The notes: generated from the letters alone by a model not told the origin. Shown: positions 34,840 to 49,097, counted from the first letter of the whole stretch. The stretch: DNA of 62,485 nucleotides, filler included, from Bonamia ostreae (GCA_040357525.1; 35 parts of 35 records of this genome joined end to end with filler, not necessarily neighbours in it), one strand, 5' to 3'. Made by a program: numbers and translations.

Positions 34840-35624
34840 TATGTCAAGGAAAGTATTAGAAGAAAGATTCAAGAAAATTAAAAAAAGAATTCAAAAACTC
34901 GCTTGGGAAAAAATGAATAAATAAAGTAAGTCTTATAATTTTTATTTTAATCTCAAAGATAAAAAATATGTTAATTTTAACATATTAATAAATTAGAAAT
35001 TAAAAAATTTTTTAATAAAAGAATATTAAAAGCAATATTAAAAAAATTTGAGAAAAAACTATTTCATTTAATAACATAAATAATAAAATAGAAGCAAATA
35101 TTCATTTGATGTCGGTAAATGTTAGAAGTTTAAATATAAAAGAAAAGATGAATTAACCGGTTTTAGAATTTGCAACAGAAGTTTGGGGTGACGCATCGGA
35201 TTATTTGATAAAGAAATTAGATTCCGTGCAGCATAGCTGCCTTAAACAAAGCTATAGAAGTAAATAGACTGGTAAAAAACGCGAAGTTGATTGAAACCAA
35301 TGTTTTACCATTAGTTTTACGTAGATATAACATTAAAATATAAAAAAATAATTTCTAACAATTAATTAAAAAATGTGGTTCAAAAATTTAACCATAAATA
35401 AAAAAGATTGTATTATTAACTTTAGTATTGATAATTTAAAATACAAACTTATTAGTAATAAAAGAAAATTAAATTCAGTATGGCATCAAGCACGATTAGG
35501 TGCGTTGCCAGTAAATGACTTTTTGTATAAAATTAAGAAAGTAAAAAGTTCAAAGTGTAAATTTTGTAATAAAAATGAATCAATTGAACATGTATTAGAG
35601 AAGCATATTACAAAGAAAATATAA
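34840..35624 (+). mobile_element. Internally deleted, degenerate LINE
   Basis: IHLMSVNVRSLN (APE start, about 35099), PVLEFATEVWGDAS...ELDSVQH (RT C-terminus, about 35157), RLGALPVN...KCKFCNKNESIEHVL (C-terminal CCH knuckle). Confidence 0.75.
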
Positions 35625-36592
35625 AAGAAAATATAAAACTTAATTTAAAAAGAAAATACTTAATTTAAAAAGAAAATATAAAAGTTCAAGTCTGGGATAA
35701 ATATTAAACCCAGACTAACCTCCACCTGCAAAAATTAAAATACCAAATGTAATAAAAAATAGAAACTTTCAGACTTAAAAATAAAAAAAAAGTGAATNNN
35801 NNNNNNNNNNNNNNNNNNNNNNNNNNNNNNNNNNNNNNNNNTTAATTAATTAANNNNNNNNNNNNNNNNNNNNNNNNNNNNNNNNNNNNNNNNNNNNGTG
35901 TAGTTCAGCTAATGCTTGTGTATTGACACCGAGTATCTAATTAAGTCGTTCCAAGAATCGTCGACAATCCGACTTTGCTGAAGCATGCTTAATCATAATA
36001 AACAAAAATGGTACTCCCTAATTTCCGTACTATGACACTCTCCCCCTGCAAACTATATGATGTCTCGACATTTGAAAAATACCAAAATATGAATACCGTA
36101 TAACCATATTAGCTACACTCCTTAAAAATCCTAACACTAAATCTAAAATCAATCATCTGATCATCATCAGGAAACTTGAACCATATCCAATCACATAAAA
36201 TTCATGATACATGCTCATTTCTGCAATTGTGATCACTCAATTGACACCTCATCATAACCCATTGACATGGTTACACATGTATTAGCATCAAAATCAGAAA
36301 TATAATTGATAACATTTAGCCGATGACTAAGATTTTCTTTAAAATGTGTACATATCTGTTGGCCACCTGACATGAATACAGAACCAAAAAACAAAATCAT
36401 TCTTAAAATATCAACCTTTGAGAAAACATTCTTTCTGATCATAATATAAAATACAAGTTCATATATAAACTTCAAGATAAAATGACCCTCATGCCCCACC
36501 ATACACATACAGTTCTACTTAACGTGGCTACATCATATGGAAGACACTCTAGACTAGACCATTATTTCATGTCCACACGTATCAACGTTGGT

Positions 36593-37583
36593 CTATGGGT
36601 AGGAGCTTGGCTGTCCTATATGATCGTAAGTCAATCTTGGTGGCGGTCTGGACACTCGCTCTCCCCGTGCTCGACACGTACCATTTCCATCACTACTGCT
36701 GTCACAGTTGGTATTCCTAGCTTGTTCTGATGAATATTGCGGTTCCTCTTCACTATGAGAATCTGCACTGATGAATTCGGATGTGTCAGAGCCATGCACA
36801 ATAACATCTCCTGGGTCAGTCACGTCCATTATTATCGGTTCAGAGTCTTCTTTGTTGGTTGACCTGCTATATGTTGGTGGTGCGTTGCTAGTTAAATTTG
36901 GTTTGAATGCCTTAGCATGTAGGTTCTGCTCACTACTGATGAAGATATAGTCACTAATGCTACTGGAGTTTGTAACGGGATTTTATAGTTTTCATGTTGT
37001 TTTGTTGTTGGCTGTGCAATATTTGAAGGTCTCTTCCTAAACATCCGGTTCCGTTCTTGTTTCTGTTTAGACTCTGTGATCCTCTTAGTACTCATTGTTG
37101 AAAGTATGTCATTGCACTGAATGAAATAGTAGATTTCTGTGTAGGCGACGAATAGGTCCCGTTCCGTATTCAGATTGAATTTCATACACCGAGGAATTGC
37201 TGTTCATTCGCCCAATAACAACATGTACGGTGTCCTCCCAGTAGGATCTCAGTTGCTCTGGACCTCCCCTCTCCTTGAAGTTTCTGACAAGAACTCGGTC
37301 CCCTGGGGCTAATGCTGCACTGGTGGCCCTCTTATCATATTGTCATTTCCCCTTTTGTCCCGCATTAACGGCCCTCCTGCAAACAATATCATAAGTGCTA
37401 TCCATTACAGAACGCAACTGCTGGACGTATTCTATATGTGACTTTGCCTTCAGACCTTCATCCCCATGTGCCTCATGAAAGATTACATCAATGGCTAATC
37501 TTGGCTGTCGTCCAAATAACAGGTAAAAGGATGGATATCCTGTTACATCACTCTACGTACAATTATAGGCATGAACGACTTTA
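36593..37583 (-). mobile_element. Degenerate Ty3/Gypsy LTR retrotransposon, integrase C-terminal region
   Basis: [29 protein letters not shown]...YDKR...[11 protein letters not shown]...LRSYWE...LHRNLL, and the terminal RVSRPPPRLTY. Contains stops. Confidence 0.85.
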
Positions 37584-40500
37584 NNNNNNNNNNNNNNNNN
37601 NNNNNNNNNNNNNNNNNNNNNNNNNNNTTAATTAATTAANNNNNNNNNNNNNNNNNNNNNNNNNNNNNNNNNNNNNNNNNNNNTCGTTATTCTCACGTTT
37701 CATTTACAAACGGAAATCATTTCCTGTTTCCTTTACGAGGATGATAAACAAGAGATTTAGAGCGTCTGCTTGAATCTTTATCTTGTTTTGTTATTGTAAA
37801 ATGTTTCACATCTATCAGCGTTAAAAGTAAACCTTTTTTTCTAATCCCAGTCCATGTTGTTCAAGAATTGGTCAAATATGCTGCTTCTTTATTTATCGAT
37901 GAACAAGTCTTGCATTTTGTCGAGTATTTCCTTTCCTTCAATAATCTTTCTTATCTCTCTATGAAAATACGTAGTGGCCTTTGGGGCTTTTTGTCATTCC
38001 TTTGTACCCTTAAGCTCTTTATTTATCTTTCTCCCAATCTGAGTTTTCCCTTCGTATTTCTCTTAGGTACAAGGCTTTGGTTTACCTCATTTGTGTTCTA
38101 TAGATCGATTTGCCGTCTATCATCAGCAGTTTGAATATCAATATCTGATTTTTCGTGTTCATTCTCGTCGTTTAAATCAATATGAAATTCCGTAGAAAGG
38201 CCAGTTTCTGATTGACTCTTTTCCTTAATAATCAGTTCTTTTATCTAATGCTATTTCTTCGTCGCATTGTAATCCAATTTCAATATCGTTGTTAGCAATC
38301 ATGTCCAAGGTCTTGCTACTATAACTATTTTTTTTCATTGTCTTTGCGCACGTGGGCTTAACTAGAGCTACGTTTATCAATGTCTCTGTTTTTAACAAGC
38401 ACCAAGTCTTCCTGATCGATATTATCAGTTATTTTGACAGTTTAATTTGAAGTAGGTGTTGATTGTTTTGTGGAAACTGACTTGTTCTTCATGATTTGCT
38501 TTTTCTTCGACTGATTTTCTCTCTTTCTTTTCCATTTTTTGCTACGTTCGGTCTCGCTATCTGAGCTACTTTCTCACCTTTTGGGGTGGGGAGGGGGTGT
38601 TCATATTGAGTCAATAGAACTAGTATGGCACATGTCATCGTCGAACTATTCATACATTTCATTTTCAAATTCAAGGTTTCCGTCTTCAAATTCATCATTT
38701 CCTGTTTCATCATGATGTATTTTTTATGCTCATCTGATGATTCTGTAGTTACGGATCCCTGGATTTGAAAAGTTTTGAATTGATTTGCATCATTGGCTTT
38801 CTTGTTTTGTTTTTTTTTATGTACGGATAATTGTAAAAGAAGTTGTTTCCTTGACAAAGGCAAATTGACGGCCACTTTACTGAGAGGGTGAAATTTGAAT
38901 TCATTTTTTTGCAAGAATCTTTCGATAATTATGGATCCTAGTCTTGTTTCCGGAAACCAGGAATAGTAGACATTCTCTATGCCTTTTCTAGAAAAATCAC
39001 CAGGTTCTCTGTCTTGTAAATAAAACTGGTATTGATATCAGTGTTACCTCGCCCGCATTTTTCGAATTACGATGTTTTGTAAGCGCAGCGACGATATGCA
39101 TAATATATTTAGATCAGTGCTATAACTATTCAACGAAAAACACAGCTATAACATCCTACAAGATTGCGGTTCAACAGTCTTTTTTTAAAAATTACATTCT
39201 TGATTGAACTAATTCACTCCTTTTCCCAAGTAATTGAGTTAATTTGGAAATCATGCTATTTGCATTAGTTCCTTTTATGTTCGTTCTCATTTAAAGTAAG
39301 CATTTCGCTGAATTATATCAATTATATGGTCGTTATAACGATGCAATTGGCCAATACAACCTCACATTGNNNNNNNNNNNNNNNNNNNNNNNNNNNNNNN
39401 NNNNNNNNNNNNNTTAATTAATTAANNNNNNNNNNNNNNNNNNNNNNNNNNNNNNNNNNNNNNNNNNNNCATTTATAAAGACTAGAAGTGTGTTTTAATT
39501 AAGAAAACATCTAGATTGAAACTACATGAAAAGATCTTATGTATATGAAGGCTTTGAACCCGGTCGTTTTAGAAATAAGAAAACATGAAAGTGGATGACC
39601 TTAGTTACTATTTTTGAGAATCTCTATATAATTAATAATCATCTAAGTTTAATTCTCAAGAGACAATCTATATTATGTTTAAAAACACAACACAAAGTCT
39701 GATTTCTACTTTATTGTAATAACCTCAATTATTCCAGTCGATATTTTTGTGATTATTGCGTAATCGTTACAATTGTTGTACATGTATATAGCAGTGTACC
39801 GACTTCAGAAAGAATTCAAAACATATTTTTGTATCAATGTATGTTTTATGCTACATTTTATTGGTTTTTTTTGTTATATATTTTTGTGTGCACTTGTAAA
39901 TCTTTATATATTTTAACGTTACCCTCCGACTCCTTTGATACGATGAATTCATATTTTTTAAATAAGGATGGCCAGTCACCATTTAAAGGGATATAATTAA
40001 GAAAAAAATGAAGAGGTAGTGTATCTAATGAATTGAGTTTGAACTCTGACTCTCTCACCTACCTATCCGGACCAGGGTGGACTGTAATGCATGCTCGGGT
40101 GAACAATGTCTATAACATTAAAACTACAAAGACTTGTCGGGTATTTATGTCGGCTTGTCATATCATCATGTTGATGCATATGTTAGTAAACTTTTCTCCA
40201 GTACCAATATATTTGTTGCCGAGCGAAGTGANNNNNNNNNNTCGAGTGGCGAGAAAAAGTTTAACAACTTTGTGTACCTAAAAATAATCTGTGGTTACAC
40301 TGCCCAGCTGCAAAATAATTGTACATTTTCTTTTAGGTTAATATCTATGGTAAACTAAGTAGTGACATGAGTCTAAACTCCACCGACGTCAAACTATATA
40401 ACAATGCAAGGGTATTTATACAGTTATCAAATAGATTGCACAGTTGTTGACTGGAGTTGGGGCAATATTTGATCTGTTTGACCCTATTGCAATGTTTGTC

Positions 40501-41250
40501 TAAGACTGAAGGTCAGTTTACGTTTGATATAAAGTCTCGACTAAAACAAGTTCTTTGCATTCGTTCTTTCCGTGATGTATAAACTACATGTACTAGCGCG
40601 GGAAAATGACACTGTTCTTAGTCCTTAGTCATGTGGTAAGAATTCTTAAATTACAGATTCATTAGAATACATCCATGGTTAACTTAAAGACCTCTGTCCC
40701 GCAGCTTCTCCTTATTTCATAGAATGGGCGACTCGTGTCTGTCCATAATAACATAGTTTTTTATGGTATGTATTTTGCAAATTCCCGTGTGGACCTCGCT
40801 TCTCATCGCTGTGAGTCTCGTGGTGGGACAGCAGTAGTTTGTGAGTGATTATCGTTCTCTCGGCTACGTACCAGTACGTCAATGAACCCCTCTCGTCAAT
40901 ATCCCACTTGCCAGAGAAATTCTAAGAGGATTGTGTTTGTTAACAATTAAAATAAAATCGTCAAAAATTCGGAGTCATCAGTTATCATTTAAACCAAATA
41001 TTCTCATCTACTAAATTAGCTTACAAGATTACTTTTTAATCCGAAGCTTGATAACTTTTTAATCCGATAGAGTCAAAGTAACGCCATACTTGGAGTTTTA
41101 TCTGATAAAAGTATAAAAAAGTCTAGATACAAAACCAATTGGTTCCATCTNNNNNNNNNNNNNNNNNNNNNNNNNNNNNNNNNNNNNNNNNNNNTTAATT
41201 AATTAANNNNNNNNNNNNNNNNNNNNNNNNNNNNNNNNNNNNNNNNNNNN

Positions 41251-42480
41251 TTTCGTCCGAGAAGCGAGCCCAAAGTTTTTGACTTGCATCACGTCTGGCA
41301 ACAACAACCGATTCGTATATTTGTCCTCTCCGACCGGATCCATAAAATTGCGCTCCATCAACTTTTTGGTTATCAACCTGTCGTCCTTTCACATCAAAAC
41401 CAAAACTTGATAGAAAGCGCCTTTGTGATGGTACTTCTGCAGATACTGAATCTTCTCCTGTTTCTTCTCGTAGCGCTTACTTCCGCTCTTTCTGTTATCT
41501 TTTTCTCGCTCTTCTTCAGTCATCGCGCGCCGTCTGCGCACCAGTTCCTGTTCTTCTTCGAATTGCAATCTTTTTTCGACGTCTTCTTTGACCCTTTTGA
41601 GCTCGCGCAGCTTCCAAAGCTCGAATTGAGCCTCCTCGTCAACGTCGTCTCTGTCGTCCGGTAGTTCCGCCAACTCGGAATCTCGCTCCTTCTTTTCGGC
41701 CTCCTTTTCTGCTCGAGAGAGGGCGACCACGAGGCGTACACTTTCGGTTCTCCTGCGCAGCTTTTCTTCCTCTTCGTTTTCGGCAGAAGTGGCGCGTAAT
41801 TGCAACGCTAACTCGTTGGTCGTCTCGTGTGTCCTTTGTCCGCCTCTTCGTTTGGAGCTGATGAAACGCGGTTTGTCTGCTTCTAATCTCCTCCAAGCCA
41901 GCTCGTTCTGTTCGTCCAGTTCAGAAGACGAATCGCTGTCTTCGTATTCGGAACTTTTCTCGTCGATTTTGTTCGATTTAGTATTTTGAACTTTTTCGTT
42001 TTTGGAGATAATTTCTTTACGCATTTTTTCTTTTTTCAATAGCGCTTCTTTCAAAGCAGCTCTTCCGCTTTTTTTGCTGTTTTGGTCGCCCACCTTTTTT
42101 TTCGACGAAGGCAATCTCGCAACTTTCAAATTGTCCAAATCGAGATTTCCAAAGTTTGTCAGTTCGTCTTCGGTGTCGCTATCTGTTTTTTCCATCTCTT
42201 CTCGATTTAGAACTTTGCCATCTCTTCGATCTGTTCTTTTCCATTTGCGATCTTTTCCATTTGTTCTTCTCAAATTCGCTCGGGATTTTTGAGGTGATAT
42301 TTTTTCTCGGAGTATTTGCGGTTTGTTGTCGGACTTTTCGACGTTCATATATTCCTCTTCTTTGAGCCATTGCGGTACTTCGCCGGTGCGGTATTGGCGA
42401 TGTTGCTTTGTTTTCTTGAAGATGGGTTGCTCGCCCGGGAGCTTTTGGTTCAACGTGAGCATCGGAGTTTGTTTGGGCAT
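41251..42480 (-). CDS. MFAP1: Microfibrillar-associated protein 1 (spliceosomal B-complex factor), 3'-partial
   Basis: [27 protein letters not shown]| 21-nt intron 41386-41406 |DD...PVGEDK...[18 protein letters not shown]. Confidence 0.95.
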
Positions 42481-42666
42481 TTTAAGCTTTATCGGGTTTT
42501 AATAAGAAACGGCGAGATTTTTTAGATGAAAGACTAAATTTCGAATATATTGCGATTAGTGTCAAATATTTTTGGATAATTTGCGATTTGTTGTGCTAAT
42601 ATATACAAAAGTCCTTTTTGCTTTTTGTTGCGGACTTTATAAGAAATTATAATAAAATCGACAAAA

Positions 42667-42857
42667 ATGTCGGCGAATGAGGATAAAAAAGATTTGAAAT
42701 ATAAATTGTTTTTTATCTTTATTAAAGAAAAACGAGGACTGAAAGGTGCATTTTCTGTAAAATCGATTTTAAGCAATTTGCTTCTGAGAATCCGAACAAA
42801 AAGAAAGTATGCGATCTTTGCAAAAAGGGATATAAGCAATTTGGAAAGCCGACAAGG
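42667..42857 (+). CDS. FAM76-like Cys-rich protein, 5' exons
   Basis: Removing the 20-nt intron 42708-42727 gives MSANEDKKDLKYKLKTRTERCIFCKIDFKQ...KVCDLCKKGYKQFGKPT, matching FAM76 CxxCxxEFxQ...CxxC...KQFGxP. Confidence 0.65.
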
Positions 42858-43089
42858 TTTGGCAATAATTGCCGGATGTGGATTATTTTTTGCAAAATGT
42901 TTTACAGAAAATTTCAAACTTTTTTTTTATANNNNNNNNNNNNNNNNNNNNNNNNNNNNNNNNNNNNNNNNNNNNTTAATTAATTAANNNNNNNNNNNNN
43001 NNNNNNNNNNNNNNNNNNNNNNNNNNNNNNNTTATCGATTACAAAACGGATATTTTACGTTAAATACAAAAATGTCGTTGTAAACAAAT

Positions 43090-43846
43090 TAAAACATCGT
43101 TGTTCCTGTAAATGTGCGTGTCGTCAACAAAAAGTACGTTTTCCGGTTTAAGACTAATAAGGTTTCAAAATCAAGAAAAACTCGGTGTGAATGAGATTCA
43201 TTCTGTGACAGACTTTTTTTAATAGTAAAAATTACATCTGACCGCCTTCAGGATCTGATAAGAAAATTCTTTGACGTGTCGCAGACTGAATCCTTTGTAG
43301 TTATTCTGGGAGATAAAGTCGTACAGACTGCATCCCAGTTTTTCGAAGACGATGAATTTGTGGCGACGGCCGTGAACGTGATCGGTGAAGGACTTTCGCA
43401 ACTTGACGCAAAGTCTTTTATTTGGCGTTTTAATGCGGAGAAAACGAGTCGTCGTGCAGATCAGCTTTGTAGATTTTTTCAAGAATTTTGATTTCAATGT
43501 CGGCGCTCTTCAAATAACGTCGAACTGAACGGATTGCTTTAATGGCGACTTTTTTCTGCTTGTTTTTGTCGTAGCAGGAAAGTACCTTTAAAATGACGAT
43601 AAAGATTGTGCGCGACAAAACAAACCGTGCCAAAAGTGCCTTGTCCGCATTTTCGAAGGACTTCGACTATTTATAAATGGCATTGTAACATCGATTGTAA
43701 ATGACGTCGCCGGCTGAAATTTTTATCAGACCGCTATTTTTGTCGTCGGCGTCTTTGTCGGAAATAACGCTTTTCGACGAAGAGACGATTTTATCGCTTA
43801 ATGCTATTTTTCTCCTTTTATTCTTAGAAATCGATTGACGACCCAT
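43090..43846 (-). CDS. LAMMER/CLK dual-specificity kinase, 3'-partial
   Basis: GQGTFGT|VLSCYD..VAIKAIRSVRRY..ADIEI, IVFEKLGCSLYDFI..NNYKGF, CHRMNLIHTD|LKPENVLFV. Five short introns. Confidence 0.92.
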
Positions 43847-44203
43847 TAGCCGAAATTATCACGGCTTTAAAATGTTAGAGTTTGTGATATATTTATTTCC
43901 AAAAAGCTAATTTTTAATTATTGTATTTGCAGATTTTACAAAATGTTGTTATGCTTTCAAAATTTAAACAAAATATCGTAAAAATATGGACAGATTTGTC
44001 TAAACAATGTTAAGTAATGTGATAAAATTTGTTTAGAATTTTTTAAATTTTTTAAAATTTGTTTTTGCTTTCATGTCCTGATCAGATGAACTTTGGTTAA
44101 AATTTAAATATATCGATAATAGTTCGGATTTTAATTTAAATGGAGTTACTGAAAACCGAAACAGAGCACAAAAAAGTTTTGAAAATATTAATAAAAGAGC
44201 AAA

Positions 44204-44707
44204 TTGAGCGATAAAGAAGTCAAACAAGATTCTTTATTTACTCTCAACAAAAACGTCGAGGAGGACAGCTCAGCTTTGAGGGACATTTCAAATGATTTAA
44301 ATTCAACAAAGAAAAATGCGTTAATAAAGAACGAGGAAAATGTCAGGAAAACAGAGAAAAACTTTGATTTTCTAAAGTTAAACTTTTTTTGACAAAACTA
44401 AAATGATCAAAAATTTAGTCTCGGAAACAAATTTGACATAAACAAACCAAGCACAATTTCTCCCCCGGACATAAAACTTTTTGTGACTCCGCAGCAAAAG
44501 GAAAACTCGAAATCCGATCAAGACGAGCAGTCTCTGAAGAAGCCAGATTTAAATTATCGTCAATTCGCGAATGTATCGAAAATCGACTCAAAAAGAAGTT
44601 TGGGATATGACGATAACAATCCAAATTTTTACGTCGGAGTCGAAGACCAATATTTCCAAAAGCTTTTGAATACAATTGTTTTCTCGAAATGTCCAGGTCT
44701 TTTATAA
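44204..44707 (+). CDS. Hypothetical hydrophilic multi-exon protein
   Basis: Consecutive open exons with GT..AG breaks. No family recognised. Confidence 0.35.
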
Positions 44708-45021
44708 CAATTNNNNNNNNNNNNNNNNNNNNNNNNNNNNNNNNNNNNNNNNNNNNTTAATTAATTAANNNNNNNNNNNNNNNNNNNNNNNNNNNNNNNN
44801 NNNNNNNNNNNNAATTGTTTAATGGCGCAATTAATCAAAAAATAGTTTGAATAATTTTAAAACATTGAATAATTATAAAACAAACCGACAGTTTATCAAT
44901 TAATAAAAATATAAATTTAGTTTCTGACTGAAAATGTCAACAGTTTTTAAATTTGGAAAAAAGATGTGAATATGTATAGAAAAAAGCTTCATAATAACTC
45001 TTTATAATTAATTAGTTTGTA

Positions 45022-46356
45022 TCATTTCACTGATTTTGAAATAAAATGACTAACTAACAATCCTAGTACAATCGCAACAATGTTCGCCAAATTGAATAGA
45101 CTTCCCGCCGCTTGTACTTCTCTGCGAGTTTTAAGTCTTGAATGCACGAAGACAGCAATGTTGTTGTTTACTATACCGACTGAAAAAGACAGAAGACTAT
45201 AGAACACCCCGTTGATTATATCAATCAACAGCGGAGGCCAATAAAAAACATTTCTGAGGGCCAGGAAAGATAGGAATAGCAATACAGAAGAGGTATAAGG
45301 GACGAAACAAAATCTTTAAGTCTTAATAAAAACATCCACAAGTTTTTTTCGGTGATAGCATTGGCAATGAACTTTATTTTCATTGTGTTGATAATACGTG
45401 CTGTGACTTCACTGATCCCAAAAAGGAAAATTAATATCTTTGGCCAAAAATCCCTCAACGAGGGGTTGGAAGACTTTGCTTGGAGCATAAAAGAAGGATA
45501 AACCAGCAATCCGAGAAAATATATCACTGTAAATTTGAAAATAAAACTGAAATTTAGAAGCAAAAACACCCATTTTTTCCTAACTACGCTTAAAAAGCTT
45601 TCTCGGAAACTGAGTTTTTCTTCTGTATATTCAACTTCTATCTCGTTCTACGAGTAAAAATTTTTAACCATTTCTTCTTTCTTTGGGATTCGCTTTGTGG
45701 TTGCGTGGAAAATGAACGCGGAAGCGATATGAACCACCAAGGGCAATGCACAGTAGCACAACATTCGAAATTGCAGGTTCTTAACATAATATGGGAAGGG
45801 CAAGAAATACAATCCAAAGATCATATTCGGAAACGCGAGCCCTGTAACATAAAATTGAACCGTTTGGTTCGAAAATTCTGCTGCAAATCTTTAACATGAT
45901 TTAATAGAACGAGTAAATAGCTGTTTGCGTCACTGCAAAACATGAAGATGCTATCAGCAGAAAAATAACTAAAATATTTTAAAACAACATGTGACCGCCA
46001 ATCCCACGTTTTTGTTGTATTTGACGATAGTTGGTACGGATATAAAAAATGCGTCCGACACGATCTGAATGATCACGTTGGAATAGAAAATCGTGCTGAC
46101 AGAAAAAAATTTTAGCACATAAGGAATGAACAGAGCTAGAGCCAGCATTGGGATCGAACCAACATAGTTAAAAGTTGTGTACATGTCGACAGAAAAAAGC
46201 TCAATCCACACATCAGCGACTTTTTGTAAGACGAAATATATTTTTTATTTTATAGCAACCTGACATCGCAATAGTATAAGTAGTGATGATCTGGAAACCA
46301 GTAAAGGCGATGCAAAACTTTATATACGGGTCTACTTTCGCTTTTTTAGAAGCCAT
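45022..46356 (-). CDS. Equilibrative nucleoside transporter (ENT/SLC29) family, complete
   Basis: About 11 hydrophobic segments. LLVYPSF, IFLFGISEVTAR, REVQAAGSLFNLANIVAIVLGLLVS. Confidence 0.8.
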
Positions 46357-48372
46357 TTTTCGATAAGGTTTGTTAATGTATATTCAGTTGTTTTATATTG
46401 CAAATATCTTGACAAACCCTCAACTAAGATTTTTGAACTAAAATTTTAATATTATTTTTAGTCTTTGTTTAAAAGGGTTTTGGTTGTAACGCNNNNNNNN
46501 NNNNNNNNNNNNNNNNNNNNNNNNNNNNNNNNNNNNTTAATTAATTAANNNNNNNNNNNNNNNNNNNNNNNNNNNNNNNNNNNNNNNNNNNNCTTAAAAA
46601 TGCTGTCCTGCCCAACTGCGGGACCTAAATACAAACGAATCATTTTCACCAGCAGTCAGTTCACTTCTTGTAATTATTATTAATGGTGCCTTGTAGATTG
46701 AAGTTTTGAAGAAATAATCCTGATTCGAAACAGGTCCTTCCATTGATCTGTGCTCTTCCTACTATCTAATGTGTTTTTATAGGATTTATGAAATTGTGCA
46801 TTGTTTGTCATCTTCATTTGTTCATCCATACAAAGAATATAATCTATACTAAATAAACCGTTTTACATGCTGATTTATTGTAACAGTTTTAGAAAATTCT
46901 ATGTTATATCTTGGCTACTGATAAAGAACCTTTTTTTTTCTACATTTCAATTTCGTTGAACAGATTGTGGCATGTTCAAATATTGATCAAAGTTGTACAT
47001 GTAAGTTGTTAATCAGTGCACTTTTTCTTCACATCCATATGGATACATATAACAAGGTCCATCTTTTTAAAAAAAAATCAAGAATATGACAACGCTTTGT
47101 TTGGATCCGTCTTAGTTTTCTAAAGGTGTCATAAATGTAAGAAAGCAAAATAAATAGCACTTGCACACAATGACTTGCAATCCAACAAGCTGGATATGCA
47201 ACCTTATGTGATATTATGCCATAAATTATCAAGCTTGTCTATAAATAACCATAGAGTAATCAAATTAACAAAAAAATAAAATCTATAATTTAGCCCTAAC
47301 CCAACCTCAATCCTAGTTGTTCTTGGTGTGGACGTAGGATTTAATTTCCATAGTTGAGGATGGGTAAGTTAATGGATATAGTGAAATCAAAACAGATAGC
47401 GTTTTCTATTTTATTACTTCATCACTTGGGACCCTTCAGAGATTTACAAGTGTTGTTATAAATGACCCAGTTTATTTACTGTTATTGAGATTGTTTCTAA
47501 ATATTCCCCGTCTTTCTGCCCTGCACATATTGCATTTATTGTTATCCTTAGTTGAGATCATTATTTCAAAAAGCATATAAATGAAATCTATTTATCTACA
47601 GACACTCTTTGCGATCTTGAAATTGTTCCAATATTCATTATTGTTTATAATTGCTTGGGTGTATCAAATTCACATTAACACACATACATTTAACAGATTA
47701 GTCACGACTAATTGTCAATGATATCAAAACACTAGCAGATTAATCTGACACCTGTAAAACCCACATAAACCTACACATGNNNNNNNNNNGGTATCCTGTT
47801 TATGAAATGCACGGATTTTCCAAAGGTCAGGGTAGGGAAAAACAAGTGGGATACGTTGTCAAAAACTTGAAAAGCGAGGGGAAATTTAGGAAATAAGAGA
47901 CCTCATTCATCAGATACCGAGATACAGTTTCATGTGTGCTACACACAAAAATATAGTACCTATAAAACAGTTATAAATTTGGATAAATTCAAAATGCAAA
48001 GTACACGAGTATCAGTATGATTTTACGTACATCCAACACTTTAAAAATGTCCTGTTTACAATGTGCAGTGTATGTTGATGACAAGATGACGAAAAGAAAC
48101 AGTGCACAATCTCATAACCCACCCAAGAAATACGAAATGGTGAAATATAGCACCGGTGAGATGAGGTACCTAGGATATTAAAGGCAATAAACAGGAATCT
48201 GGGGGCGATGTCCCTGCAAGCTCCTGGATTTTACAGATTGCACAGAATGAAATATGTCTCTTATGTAGTCATNNNNNNNNNNNNNNNNNNNNNNNNNNNN
48301 NNNNNNNNNNNNNNNNTTAATTAATTAANNNNNNNNNNNNNNNNNNNNNNNNNNNNNNNNNNNNNNNNNNNN

Positions 48373-49097
48373 GATAATCGTTCTTTTTCTTTGAATGTAT
48401 TTCAAAACTAAATCCCTTATAATCTTTATATACTTTTCGTCTCTGTTATGCTCTGTGGCTTCTATTAATCCCGGTAAATCGACTATTCTCAAATCGTCTT
48501 CTTCTGGTCCCTTTTATTTAAATTGCAACATCAAATATACGTTTTTCGACAAAATAAACTTCTATGTCAACGCAAATGGTGTAGCTGTCAGAAAATTTTT
48601 GTTTTACAGCTTCTAAAATACGATTTTGAGCTTCTGTGATAACTGCCGCTATATTTGAAGGTTGTTTAATTGTTTTGTGAAAAGGTATTTCAGCAAACAT
48701 TTTTTCTGCATTGATTTTACTTGTCTTTATAATTATTTTACAACGCCATCTTTCTGTTTTATAAATATGTAAATTATTGCATACTTTTAAATGAATTTAT
48801 ACAAGTACATTAATAATAATATTGTAGCAATGAACATGTAGATTAATAATATGAATATAGACCAGAAGAATGTGTTGCCCTAATCTCTATTGGAGTTCTT
48901 GTACATGTTCCAGAAGATCTTGGAAGATTGATATTAGTCAATGCTTCAATAACTGATGATTTCCCGCTACTTTGTTTTCCACAAAAAATTATCGAAGGAA
49001 GATCAATTATTGACTCTATACCAATATCTTTTAATACATCCATCAATCTAAACAATTTTTGAGTATTTTCAGTTATAATTCTTTCCAATTTTCTCAT
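48373..49097 (-). CDS. Dynamin-superfamily GTPase, Mx-like, 3'-partial
   Basis: IDLPSIIFCGKQSSGKSSVIEALTNINLPRSSGTCTRTPIEIR, WRCKI, DLRIVDLPGLI...DLVLKYI...TII. Confidence 0.88.

Noticed and set aside
37700-39000. Transposase or gene on the minus strand
   Set aside because: Looks like decayed coding sequence with many stops, but no diagnostic motif was recognisable.
47290-47316. Telomeric CCCTAA repeat
   Set aside because: Only one perfect unit plus degenerate copies, internal to a contig.
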